From the NCBI GenBank assembly GCA_041577295.1, contig JBFGJG010000024.1:1-64000 (forward strand): a DNA stretch of 64,000 nucleotides, read 5' to 3'. This DNA comes from Gemmatimonadales bacterium. GTDB lineage: Bacteria > Gemmatimonadota > Gemmatimonadetes > Gemmatimonadales > GWC2-71-9. The notes under the pieces were generated by a model. It had not been told where the DNA came from. It saw only the letters and a program-made list of their open reading frames with translations, and did no database searches. This document shows, piece after piece, positions 46,690 to 55,860 of this stretch. Within the stretch, counting starts at the first letter, position 1, and each line of letters begins with the position of its first letter. A program made the translations under genes and the position numbers.

Positions 46690-47319
46690 TCACCGGCGCA
46701 TGAGCTTCACAGCTTGCATAGGGCCCGTTCCCAGGGCGTAGGCCATCTGTATCATCAGCTCTGCCAACGGTTCGACGTAGCGAGCGTTCTTGAGCGGTCC
46801 GGCGTCCACCGGTTCAAAACCGATTTCGTCGATGAGCCTGGCCACGGTGCTTTTGGCAGCAGCGTCGTCTCCACAATAGAAAACGGTCGCCCTCTCCGGG
46901 CCGAAGGCCGCGCTGGAATGCACTATTTGGGCAAAGATGGTATTGAACGCCTTCACGACCTTTGCACTCGGAGTTAGCTTCGCGACCTCCTCCGCTCCGG
47001 ACGTGGTGTGTCCAACCACCAGGTCCATGAAGTCCGGCGTCAGCGGATTGGTACAATCGATCAAGACCTTTCCCTTCAGCGAGCCGGCGGCCGCGAGGGT
47101 ATCAGCGACGCCGCTCCAAGGCACCGCCAGCAGCACGGCATCGCCGAACTTCGCGGCCTCGGCAACGCTTGCTGCCGATGCGTTGTGTCCAACCGAGCTG
47201 GCCAGTTCTTTGGCTTTGGCCGGGTCTCGCGACCCAAAACGAACACTGTGGCCCTTCTCCGCCCAGCGCTTACCCAGCCCGCTACCCATATTGCCCGTTC
47301 CGAGTACAGCGATTTTCAT
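46690..47319 (-). CDS. NADPH-dependent F420 reductase-family oxidoreductase
   Basis: GTGNMG, GSRDP, DCTNP, VVKAFNT and DAGPL. Confidence 0.9.
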   Translation of the reverse strand: MKIAVLGTGNMGSGLGKRWAEKGHSVRFGSRDPAKAKELASSVGHNASAASVAEAAKFGDAVLLAVPWSGVADTLAAAGSLKGKVLIDCTNPLTPDFMDLVVGHTTSGAEEVAKLTPSAKVVKAFNTIFAQIVHSSAAFGPERATVFYCGDDAAAKSTVARLIDEIGFEPVDAGPLKNARYVEPLAELMIQMAYALGTGPMQAVKLMRR

Positions 47320-47431
47320 GAGCCCGCCTTTCGTTCACGATCGTCAGCAGAGAGCGGGTAGCGGCGGGATGGGCTTGCAATGGCATGATAAGCCGTTCCC
47401 CTTTGATCCGTACTCCTAACTGCAGTGCGGC

Positions 47432-47902
47432 TCACATCGGCGCGATGTTCCAGATATCGACGACCAGCTTCCAGCTACCGTCCGCCTGTCTCTTCCACAG
47501 GTGAAAATCGCGAATGGTCTCGGTCAGGGGGGTTCCATCGGGGCCGGTGATGGTGATGTTCGCGGTCCCATAGGTGTAGCCCATGTCGCCGCTCGCGGCC
47601 ACGTCGACGGTGCCAGGGGTGAACGAAACGGCGAAGGCTGGATCTTCCATGAACGCTCCGGCCGTGGCACGAATGGCCTCGCTGCCTTTCGCGACCGGTA
47701 GATCGGGTGGATACATGGCAGCGTCCGAGGTATACATCGCGACGAAGCCTTCGAGGTCCTTGCTCGAGGTGATCTGCGAGTACCGGCTGTCGGCCTCGCG
47801 CAATGAGGCACGTGCTGCCTCGAGATCGATCACTGGGGCACCGGTGCAACCAAGTAAGGCAGCTCCCAGCGCGAGGACGGTTGGAACGATGGGAGTGTGC
47901 AT
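47432..47902 (-). CDS. DUF4440/YybH NTF2-like lipoprotein
   Basis: LLGC lipobox, ASGDMGYTYG and WKRQADGSWK. Confidence 0.85.
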   Translation of the reverse strand: MHTPIVPTVLALGAALLGCTGAPVIDLEAARASLREADSRYSQITSSKDLEGFVAMYTSDAAMYPPDLPVAKGSEAIRATAGAFMEDPAFAVSFTPGTVDVAASGDMGYTYGTANITITGPDGTPLTETIRDFHLWKRQADGSWKLVVDIWNIAPM

Positions 47903-47995
47903 GATCCCTCCGAAGGTGTTTTTTGCGAGGGCGTGCCGAACCTACGGCTCGGTCCCCCGAAGCACAAGCACCGCGGGTGAGAAAAGCGCAGAAGG

Positions 47996-48319
47996 TTAGC
48001 GGCTGGACTCCCCACGAACCGCGACATGTCTGACCATCTCGTAGTCACCTGGCGTCATTTCGTGACAGAGGGCCTGAAGCGCTCGAAACGCCGCCTTGGC
48101 TTCGGGGCTGTTTCGCATCGCCGCGATATCCTCGCGATCGTCCCACGGGCCAAACGAGTGAAACAACGTGCGGTCCGTCGTCGAGCGAATGAGCGTTCCC
48201 CAGATGGGTGGATTGGGAAGCGAAGAGAATGTCACGGCGAGCGCGTTCCATGCCTCGATAAACGCTTCTTCCTTGCCTGCAATAACGTGGTACGTCGCGA
48301 GTGTATATGGGTTGGCCAT
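47996..48319 (-). CDS. antibiotic biosynthesis monooxygenase-like (dimeric alpha-beta barrel) protein
   Basis: GKEEAFIEAW and FHSFGPW. Confidence 0.65.
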   Translation of the reverse strand: MANPYTLATYHVIAGKEEAFIEAWNALAVTFSSLPNPPIWGTLIRSTTDRTLFHSFGPWDDREDIAAMRNSPEAKAAFRALQALCHEMTPGDYEMVRHVAVRGESSR

Positions 48320-48328
48320 AGGCTATGT

Positions 48329-48727
48329 CTACGCTCTGGAGCTTTCGCCGGACGTGTCCTTGGCAAAGCACAATGTGAGTCCGTTACAGTCTTCGACGAC
48401 CAGCTCTCGGCATAAGTACGATCGGTCGACGGGTCCTTCGACGATCTTGGCTCCGCTGGATCCGTATTCTCGGAAGAGATCGTCCACGTCATCGACCCAG
48501 ATGTAGGCGTTGTATCCCAAGGGTCCGTGACCTAGCGTCACCGCTGTCGATTCGGGTGCTGCACCCAGCTGAATCAGGACACCATCGCGTTTCACGTGTA
48601 CGAAGACCGGGGGCGCGCCGAAGTAGTCGAGGATTTCAAACCCCAAGACGTCGCGGTAGTGCTCGGCAGTCCGCACGACATCGCTCACGCGGAACTGGGG
48701 GTGCACTGCGAGGAACTGTGGCGTCAA
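48329..48727 (-). CDS. VOC family protein
   Basis: VSDVVRTAEHYRDVLGF, YIWVDDVD and RELVVEDCNG. Confidence 0.88.
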   Translation of the reverse strand: MTPQFLAVHPQFRVSDVVRTAEHYRDVLGFEILDYFGAPPVFVHVKRDGVLIQLGAAPESTAVTLGHGPLGYNAYIWVDDVDDLFREYGSSGAKIVEGPVDRSYLCRELVVEDCNGLTLCFAKDTSGESSRA

Positions 48728-49227
48728 CGCGCCCCTCGAGATCGGCTTTCGTACAACCGCTTGAGCACCTGAATCTGGCCGACGTGATAGACGTCGTGGC
48801 TCACGATACCAAAGAGGAGATCCACATACCGGTACTTTTTGCTACCGGGCGCCGTCTCGTCCAACAACCGCGGTTCGAACCCACGAACCGTTTCCACGAG
48901 CTGCCGATGCTCAGCTTGTAGCAACGCGCGATCGGCCTTCCACTGGTTGGGCGTTGGTTTATCAGGCTGCGCAGGCCAATTGGACGGTGACCGTGGAAAC
49001 GCGCCTTGGGGTGAGCCGTCGAGGTTTCTCCGGACTGCATACTTCCAGTACGCAATGTGGAGCGTTAGCTCCCATATGGAATGTCGCTTGGGCGAGGGTC
49101 TCCAAGCGGCTTGCCCAGGGGTGACACCGCGGAGCGTACCTGCCACGGTCGCGCCGCCATACCACAACTTCTCGCCCGCCGGCGGATTGAGGAGATGGAG
49201 AATCTCACGGAGACGGGGATCGTCCAC
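48724..49227 (-). CDS. DinB-family protein
   Basis: HSIWELTLHIAYW and HDVYHVGQIQ. Confidence 0.88.
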   Translation of the reverse strand: MDDPRLREILHLLNPPAGEKLWYGGATVAGTLRGVTPGQAAWRPSPKRHSIWELTLHIAYWKYAVRRNLDGSPQGAFPRSPSNWPAQPDKPTPNQWKADRALLQAEHRQLVETVRGFEPRLLDETAPGSKKYRYVDLLFGIVSHDVYHVGQIQVLKRLYESRSRGAR

Positions 49228-49302
49228 GGCGGCAACCTCGGAACCGAGTGACCGGTGAGAAGAAATATGTCCTGTTTAGTCAATACGAAGAAGGGGGCTG
49301 AT

Positions 49303-49797
49303 CTATCCGCGACCGGGACGCCGCGGGACCCAACGGCTCACTCGACCACAGTAATCCTCGTATGTCGCACCGAACATTCTGCGCAAGGTTGGCTCTTCGT
49401 AGGTGACCACGAACAGATGCACCAGTCCCCACGCACCGACAGTGAGCAAGACGACCGCTGGAGACCGGAGCCACAAGGCAAAACCCAAGAGCAGAATCAG
49501 ACCGCCAACATACATCGGATTGCGGGTCCAGCGGTATGGGCCGATGGCCACGAAGTGGCGCGGGGCGTCGAACGGTGCAGGCGTTCCTCCACCCCGGACC
49601 ACGAACACCGCCGCGCAGGCGAGCGCGAGGCTTCCCCCCAATACCATGAGTGGCAGCCCAACACGTTGCAGCCAGCCCGGGAGTGGATCTGCGAGTTGGT
49701 GATCGAACCGCCGCACCGCGAGCGCCAACCAGCCCCAGAGGAGCACGAACGCGGTCATGTAGAGAGCTGCGCGCAGCGCGACGAGCACGCGTTGCAT
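49303..49797 (-). CDS. isoprenylcysteine carboxylmethyltransferase/PEMT-family membrane protein
   Basis: GTPAP, GPYRWTRNPMY, EEPTL and YCGRVSRW. TGATG coupling to deoC. Confidence 0.88.
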   Translation of the reverse strand: MQRVLVALRAALYMTAFVLLWGWLALAVRRFDHQLADPLPGWLQRVGLPLMVLGGSLALACAAVFVVRGGGTPAPFDAPRHFVAIGPYRWTRNPMYVGGLILLLGFALWLRSPAVVLLTVGAWGLVHLFVVTYEEPTLRRMFGATYEDYCGRVSRWVPRRPGRG

Positions 49798-50528
49798 CAG
49801 TGCTTCGCGAGCCGCTCCTGAGCATGGCTCGCTCGAGAGAAGTACCGTGTGAACACAGCCTGCTCCTGACTCGGCAATTCCACAAAGGCCTTCACGAATT
49901 GTTCCGTTCGGGTTGAGCCAAAGCGTTGCGCGCCAGCCTCCAAATACGCTCGCACTTCGGACAGCTGACGAATCCCACCGGCCGCCTTCACGCGACACCT
50001 GCCGTCCACCACCTGGTACATAAGACGAACATCGTCCAGGGTAGCTCCACCGGGTGCGTAGGCAGTGGAGGTTTTGACAAAATCCGCACCAGCCTGCGCG
50101 ACCCATTCACAGGCTCTGCGCTTTTCCTCCTGCGTTAGCAAGCAATTCTCGAGGATGACTTTGACCGTCGCACCCTCTGCGGCCCGGATCACGCCTTCCA
50201 AGTCACGACTGAAGAGCGCTTCCTCTCCGTTCTTGAGGGCCGGGATATTCATGACCATATCAAGTTCTTCAGCCCCGAGATCGAGCGCTTCCTTGGCTTG
50301 ATATTCCTTCATGGTGGGTGTCTCATTGCCGTGTGGGAAACCTACGACCGTGCCGACGAGCACACCGGACCCCCGCAGATTCTCCACCGCCAAGCGAATG
50401 TAGTGCGGCTGAACCGTGAGCGATGTCGTGCCCAACCGTGCTGCGGTCTCGGCGAAGTGACAGACCTCGCCTCGCGTGGCGTCTGGACGAACGATCGAAT
50501 GATCAAACAGTTTGGCGAATTTGGTCAT
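49797..50528 (-). CDS. deoC: deoxyribose-phosphate aldolase
   Basis: TVVGFPHG, GAEELDMV, VKVILE, DFVKTST and VKAAGGIR. Confidence 0.92.
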   Translation of the reverse strand: MTKFAKLFDHSIVRPDATRGEVCHFAETAARLGTTSLTVQPHYIRLAVENLRGSGVLVGTVVGFPHGNETPTMKEYQAKEALDLGAEELDMVMNIPALKNGEEALFSRDLEGVIRAAEGATVKVILENCLLTQEEKRRACEWVAQAGADFVKTSTAYAPGGATLDDVRLMYQVVDGRCRVKAAGGIRQLSEVRAYLEAGAQRFGSTRTEQFVKAFVELPSQEQAVFTRYFSRASHAQERLAKH

Positions 50529-52087
50529 CCTTCCGCTCCCCCAAAGCGTGAGAATACCTCGCCCCGGTAGCGCACTGCGGTTGCAGGGGCGTTGGCGTCC
50601 GAGAACACAAACTCGAGGACGGCGCCCCGTCCCGTGAGCTCAACACGCAGCCGGTTGGTGGCCGCGTCGAAGACCTCCGCAAGGCTCTTGGCAGCTCCCA
50701 TCTGGACTTCGAGGGTTTCGCCGGAGACGCTTACCACCATTCGCCCGAATCTGCGGTTCTCGAACGTTCCCGCGTAGCGGTCCAATGGAAGGGGTAGGGG
50801 ACGCTGTCGCCCGCTTCGCTCCGCCAGGTGTGCCGTTAGCCGTGCGCGCAGATCGCTGGCACGGCTGATCTGCTCCTCGAGACGCATCGCGTACATCGCT
50901 TCGAGGTTCAGAGCGCCGCGCAACCGGTCGTAGATGTACGTGGCCACGAGATCGGCAGCAGGTGAAGCTGGGCCGCTACCGTTCACGAGCACGACGACGC
51001 CTAGCTGATGCGCTGGCATGAACGACATATGTGAGCGGTACCCTGGAAACGCGCCGAAGCGGTGTACGAGGGTGTCACCATCATAGAGGCCAAGGTCCCA
51101 CCCGTATCCCCATCCAAACCGTCGGAACGGGCCAAAGCGGCGGTCCTGACGGGCGTGAGTCTCCTGGGTCTCAATAACAGGGCGGCGAGGGAAGACGCGC
51201 TGATCGTCCAGGATACCGGCGCTTTGGTGCATTGCTATGTAGCGTGCTAGATCTCGTGCCGATGCAAAATGCCCACCTGCCGCGTGCATGTTCGCATCAT
51301 TCTTCCCGAGCGCAACGCGGCGAAAACCCTCAGGTGAGGTTACATGAGGATGAGCGATTCGCTCCACGTCGAGGCGCGAGACATGTGCACTTGTTTCCGT
51401 CATTCGCAAGGGTCCTAACACTTCGCGCGCGACGACGTCTTTCCAAGAAGTCTTGTACCGGGCCTCGAGCACGAGGCCAAGGATGTTATAGCCGAGATTT
51501 CCGTAGACGAATGCGCGGCTGGCGTCGGACGGCGGGTACTCGCTCAGCAGATCGAGCAACTGCTGGCGCGTGAACTCGCCGGTATATGCAGTCCGAAAGA
51601 CGACGGGTCCACCGTCCGCAATGCCGTGGGTCATAGTCAGCAAATCCTCGATCCGAATTGAGTCTGCGGAAAGTGGCGCTTTCAGATAGAGCTGGGGCAG
51701 ATATCGGCTGACTGGTGCAGCGAGGTCGATTTCGCCCCGGGAAGCGGCAAGCGCGACCGCCAACGCGGTCAGCGACTTGGTGCTGGAGGCGATGTAGAAC
51801 GGGGTGGCCTCCCCAACGGGCCGTCCTGTCTCGAGATCGGCCACGCCAAAGCCCTCGACGTATTCGACACGGTCCCCGCGTGCGACCGCGACCCCCATGC
51901 CTGGGGTGAGCCCTGCGCTCACGATGCGGCGCGCGAACGCCGCGACATCACTCCGCCAATCGTCGGGCGGGATCGCTGGCACTCGATCGGTAAGCGACCC
52001 TTCCGTGTTTACTTGTGCCTGCGGTGCATCGGCAAACCACCACAGGCTAAGCCCTGTCAGGAATCCAAGAAGTGCCCGTCGCATGAC
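50525..52087 (-). CDS. serine hydrolase, beta-lactamase/class C-like, with C-terminal DUF3471-like domain
   Basis: IASSTKS (SxxK), YGN and HFG-like; signal peptide. Confidence 0.88.
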   Translation of the reverse strand, partial: VMRRALLGFLTGLSLWWFADAPQAQVNTEGSLTDRVPAIPPDDWRSDVAAFARRIVSAGLTPGMGVAVARGDRVEYVEGFGVADLETGRPVGEATPFYIASSTKSLTALAVALAASRGEIDLAAPVSRYLPQLYLKAPLSADSIRIEDLLTMTHGIADGGPVVFRTAYTGEFTRQQLLDLLSEYPPSDASRAFVYGNLGYNILGLVLEARYKTSWKDVVAREVLGPLRMTETSAHVSRLDVERIAHPHVTSPEGFRRVALGKNDANMHAAGGHFASARDLARYIAMHQSAGILDDQRVFPRRPVIETQETHARQDRRFGPFRRFGWGYGWDLGLYDGDTLVHRFGAFPGYRSHMSFMPAHQLGVVVLVNGSGPASPAADLVATYIYDRLRGALNLEAMYAMRLEEQISRASDLRARLTAHLAERSGRQRPLPLPLDRYAGTFENRRFGRMVVSVSGETLEVQMGAAKSLAEVFDAATNRLRVELTGRGAVLEFVFSDANAPATAVRYRGEVFSRFGGAEG

Positions 52088-52095
52088 TCTCGCCA

Positions 52096-52884
52096 TTACC
52101 GCGACGCAAAATCGTCGCGCTCAAAGGTCAGTCCTTCACCATCGGCCGGGATGAAAATTTGATGCACCAAATTGCGCTCGCGCACCAGTTCCGAAAGCTG
52201 TGCTCGTGACAGCGTGCCGAGGTCCGCCCCATCCATGTGCACGGCCACGACGCGCATGCCAGGGACGGCCATCGCCGTTGTGCACACGTCGTCGCCGGTC
52301 ATCGTCACGGGTCCGCCGTTGATCATGCGCGCTGCGCCGGCATTGACCACCGCAACATCCGGTTGGAACCGTTGGAGAGTCTGCTGTAACTCGGGACACC
52401 ACACGGTATCACCGGCAGCGTACGTAGTTGGCTCGTGGTCATTTTGAAGTACGTACCCCGATACCGTACCCATAACCTCACCGATCGATCCGAGCCCATG
52501 ACGAGCGGGGACGCGCGTAATTCTCAGGTCGTCCAGCGTCAAGGTCTCCACAACGGGTCGAAGGTCGCTAAATCCTGTTTCGCGGAGCCACGCGACGTCT
52601 GTTGGCTGGCATATGACGGGAAGGTTCCGAGGCAAACGGCGCTCAGCTTCGGGGTCCCAATGATCAGGATGCAGGTGGGTCAGAACGATGCCGGTCAAAG
52701 ATGCCACAAGCTCGTCCAGTGCGTGAGGTGCCAACGGCAGATCGACGGATGGTTGACGCTGCGGGTTGAGTGATCCTGGTGCTGGGGGCATGGATCCCTT
52801 CGCACCAAGCATCGGATCTACCAGCAACCGGTGGCCCGCGTACGTGAGTACGACCGTAGCATGACGGAGCAGGAGAATGTGCAT
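52096..52884 (-). CDS. MBL-fold metallo-hydrolase
   Basis: LVDPML, THLHPDHWD, AGDT and AVHM. Confidence 0.9.
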   Translation of the reverse strand: MHILLLRHATVVLTYAGHRLLVDPMLGAKGSMPPAPGSLNPQRQPSVDLPLAPHALDELVASLTGIVLTHLHPDHWDPEAERRLPRNLPVICQPTDVAWLRETGFSDLRPVVETLTLDDLRITRVPARHGLGSIGEVMGTVSGYVLQNDHEPTTYAAGDTVWCPELQQTLQRFQPDVAVVNAGAARMINGGPVTMTGDDVCTTAMAVPGMRVVAVHMDGADLGTLSRAQLSELVRERNLVHQIFIPADGEGLTFERDDFASR

Positions 52885-52893
52885 CCGGCAGCT

Positions 52894-53307
52894 TTATGTT
52901 CCCGCGACCGCCTCGATCTCGACGACGAGGTCTGGAAGAACGAGTCGGCTCACACCGATTAACGACTGTGGTGGGCGGGTTCCTGCATCACCGATCCAGG
53001 TCGCATAGACATCGTAGTTAGCGAGGAACCCGTCGATGTCCGTCGTAAAAAAACGTAGCGACAGGATGTTGCTCCGGTCCATCCCGGCTTTCGCCAGCAC
53101 TGCGTCGACGTTGGCGAGCGCGACTTCCATCTGTCCTCGGATCTGATTCGGGTGTCGGACAGCGATCCCCATCTCGGAGCTTGGGTCGGGAGCAACGGCG
53201 ACCTGTCCAGAACAATGCAGCATCCGTTTCACTCCCTCAACAACTTCTCCCTGATCCATTTGAAACTGCAATCCCCAATCCCACGGGTTGACGGACGTCC
53301 GTTTCAT
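52894..53307 (-). CDS. Rid-family protein lacking the catalytic Arg
   Basis: CSGQV, PPQSLIGV and VEIEA. Confidence 0.85.
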   Translation of the reverse strand: MKRTSVNPWDWGLQFQMDQGEVVEGVKRMLHCSGQVAVAPDPSSEMGIAVRHPNQIRGQMEVALANVDAVLAKAGMDRSNILSLRFFTTDIDGFLANYDVYATWIGDAGTRPPQSLIGVSRLVLPDLVVEIEAVAGT

Positions 53308-53482
53308 CGGCGGAATAGTTCCTTTCTATGGAGCGTATTTGGTTGACAGGCAGGATGTGAGGCTTACTGGATCTCACGCCTGTGCGGGGCCCACGGACAA
53401 TCTCAGTGGCGTAGCCTCAACATAAGGGAGCGTGCGTGGCAGCGGGACGCAAGAGTGGGAGCTCTTGGGTTGCGCTCCGCTG

Positions 53483-53872
53483 TCACGGCTTGCGGTTCCA
53501 CATTTGACGTCTGATCAACCAGTCGCCCGAGGGCTCACGATGCAGCAGCCATGTCGCCGTGAGCCCAAAGTTGGAGGTGGCGCCATTTCGGTGTGCCACG
53601 GTTGACACTTGGACGTCCGCGATGCCATAAACCCAATCCTTGGCAAGGGCGAGTGCGTCGCGGGGGGTGAACCTGACGTCCCACCGTGCCTGATCATAAT
53701 CGGCCTGCTCTGAGCGCCGGATTGCCTCCGGGCCATACTCGGGTAGCGCCCCCGGAGGCATCCGGACCGCATCCTCAGCAAAGAGCCTGGCATAGCTTGC
53801 GGAGTCGCTCGCGTTGACGGCCAGAGCATATGCTCGGCACAAGGCCGCGAACACCTCGTCAGCAGTCTGCAT
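53483..53872 (-). CDS. DUF4440/SnoaL-like protein
   Basis: LFAEDAVRMPPG and WLLHREPSGDWLI. Confidence 0.8.
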   Translation of the reverse strand: MQTADEVFAALCRAYALAVNASDSASYARLFAEDAVRMPPGALPEYGPEAIRRSEQADYDQARWDVRFTPRDALALAKDWVYGIADVQVSTVAHRNGATSNFGLTATWLLHREPSGDWLIRRQMWNRKP

Positions 53873-53884
53873 ACTCTTGGCCCC

Positions 53885-54802
53885 TTACTTGGCCCCCTGC
53901 TCGAGCCGGAGAAACCGCGCTGCATTGTTGTAGAGTATGTCTCGCTTCTGCTCCTCCGTGAGGAACTCTGCTTCCTCGATCGCGGCGATGCCCTCACCGA
54001 TCTTCTCGGGCCACAACATCTGGTCCGAGCCGAACATGAGGCGCTTGCCGAGGCCCGCATGAACCAGCCCTTTCAGATACTCGTAGAAAGCGGAGCGCGG
54101 AATGACCCACGTCATGGTGGAGAGATCCCCGTGGAGTTGAGGATACTGGTACATCATAGCGATCATCTCGCTGAGGTAGGGATAACCGGAGTTCTCCAGA
54201 TAGATCCGAAGGTTCGGATGGCGAGCCAACACCTCCTCCAGCAATAGTGGGTTTCCAGCTGCCGAACGAAACTCAGGCAGGTAAGGGCCAAATCCCGATG
54301 TGTGAATCAGCAGCGGAATGTCGAGCTCTTCGGCAAGCGCAAAATACGGTTCGAGCGCTGGGTCGTTGGGAGCGTAGCCGTGGAGCTGGGCCGCGATCTC
54401 TCCCATGCCGGTGAGGCGTCCCGCGAGGTATTCTCGCCTCAACGTCTCCGGGTTGGGATGACCCGGCTCGATGATGAAGGGTGATGGGATGAAGCGATCT
54501 GGCGCCGCCGATACCCACTCGTGGACGGTTTCCATCCGGGCTCCACTGAGGAAACCTTTCACCACATTGTATTGCTCCATAGCCCGCAACGTCCGCTCGA
54601 GCGTTTCAGCACTCGAGGCGCTCGCGTGTCCTTCCCCCCGACACGGATCCGGACGGCACAACGCGGGGATGCCAGGCGGCATTTCTGGCAAGTGCGCGTG
54701 CATGTGCATGTCGATGACCGGAGGTCGTGTCTGCGCGTAAACCGGTGTGCTCCAGTAACCGAATCCGATGCAGAGCGCAGCGAGCGAGAGTAGGATTTTC
54801 AT
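53885..54802 (-). CDS. amidohydrolase 2-family protein
   Basis: IDMHMH, GEI, LIH and FGSD; signal peptide. Confidence 0.9.
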   Translation of the reverse strand: MKILLSLAALCIGFGYWSTPVYAQTRPPVIDMHMHAHLPEMPPGIPALCRPDPCRGEGHASASSAETLERTLRAMEQYNVVKGFLSGARMETVHEWVSAAPDRFIPSPFIIEPGHPNPETLRREYLAGRLTGMGEIAAQLHGYAPNDPALEPYFALAEELDIPLLIHTSGFGPYLPEFRSAAGNPLLLEEVLARHPNLRIYLENSGYPYLSEMIAMMYQYPQLHGDLSTMTWVIPRSAFYEYLKGLVHAGLGKRLMFGSDQMLWPEKIGEGIAAIEEAEFLTEEQKRDILYNNAARFLRLEQGAK

Positions 54803-54825
54803 GGTAGATCTCTCCCAGTTGTTGG

Positions 54826-55743
54826 TCACTTCGATTCGGGGGCGTCACTGAACACGGCGCGTAGGGCTTTGACGAACGCCTCGGGTTGCTCGAGTGGAGG
54901 ATCGTCGGCAGCGTTCTCGATCACATGGAGCGGCCAGCCGTAGCGCGCACTGGCGGCCGCGGCGACGTCTAGCCCCGTCGCGAGATCGTGTCGTCCCCAG
55001 ATCAGGGTCGTGGGAACGGTGATCTTCGCCAGATCCGATGTTGGAATGGCTGGCGCTCCGAACTGCTCGAACAGGCTCTGCTGTGTCGCGCGGTGGCTGG
55101 CGATCTGGGCGAGCTGAAGGTTATAAGCCCTGAGCCGTTCCCAGCGCTCGCCCAACCGATGACGCAAGCGATCGAAATCGAATGCGCAACGCTGCCACAG
55201 GCGGTCATGCGTGTCTTCGCCCGGTTGGGTAACGAACGCCGTGAGCGCGTGTCCGAACTCGGGTGTTGGTTGGAACGGAGCCAGTCCAAGTGCATCCGTC
55301 AGGACCAGCTGCTGGATTGCATCCGGTCGCTCGATGGCAAAGCGGGCAGCGATGGCGCCCCCGATGATCTGGCCCACGAGCGTGGGTGGGCGGGTGCACG
55401 TACGTTCGATCAGCTCACCCAGCCAAGCGATCACCCGGTCGCGGTCGATCGACCCCTCGCGCACGTCGGATGTTCCGTGGCCTGGTAGATCAGGAGCGAT
55501 TACGCGGTGTGTTTGTACCAGATCGGGAATGACCAGCATCCATTTCGCCCCGTACTCCCCCGGGCCATGGAGCAGTACCACAGGCGAGCCAGCGCCGCCT
55601 TCGAGGACCGCCGTCGAGATGCCTGCCAGCTTGAGGCGTCGTTCGATGACCGGGAGGCTGGCCAGCAGTTGATCGCGGACGGCTGTCGCTGTCGATCTTC
55701 GTGGTCCCGTAATCGTCTGTTGCGAGTTCATTCTTGCCTCCAC
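54826..55743 (-). CDS. alpha/beta-hydrolase-fold protein with degenerate catalytic triad
   Basis: LLHGPG and APDLPGHG are present. The nucleophile elbow reads GQIIGG and the His loop reads NAADDP. Confidence 0.85.
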   Translation of the reverse strand: MEARMNSQQTITGPRRSTATAVRDQLLASLPVIERRLKLAGISTAVLEGGAGSPVVLLHGPGEYGAKWMLVIPDLVQTHRVIAPDLPGHGTSDVREGSIDRDRVIAWLGELIERTCTRPPTLVGQIIGGAIAARFAIERPDAIQQLVLTDALGLAPFQPTPEFGHALTAFVTQPGEDTHDRLWQRCAFDFDRLRHRLGERWERLRAYNLQLAQIASHRATQQSLFEQFGAPAIPTSDLAKITVPTTLIWGRHDLATGLDVAAAASARYGWPLHVIENAADDPPLEQPEAFVKALRAVFSDAPESK

Positions 55744-55800
55744 GGTCGACCGTTGACGGCTAGCTTGGTCATCACGGTACGAAAGTCCCGTGGCCAGCGC

Positions 55801-55854
55801 ATCGGGAAGAACAACCAGCTGACGTGGGTTGGGTGGAGTGGGTAATTCTATGTA
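55801..55854. promoter_or_regulatory. putative operator pair for the adjacent LuxR-type regulator
   Basis: Minus strand TACATAGAATTACCCA ... TGGTTGTTCTTCCCGAT forms an imperfect inverted pair between luxR and its downstream gene. Confidence 0.35.
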
Positions 55855-55860
55855 GGCAGG

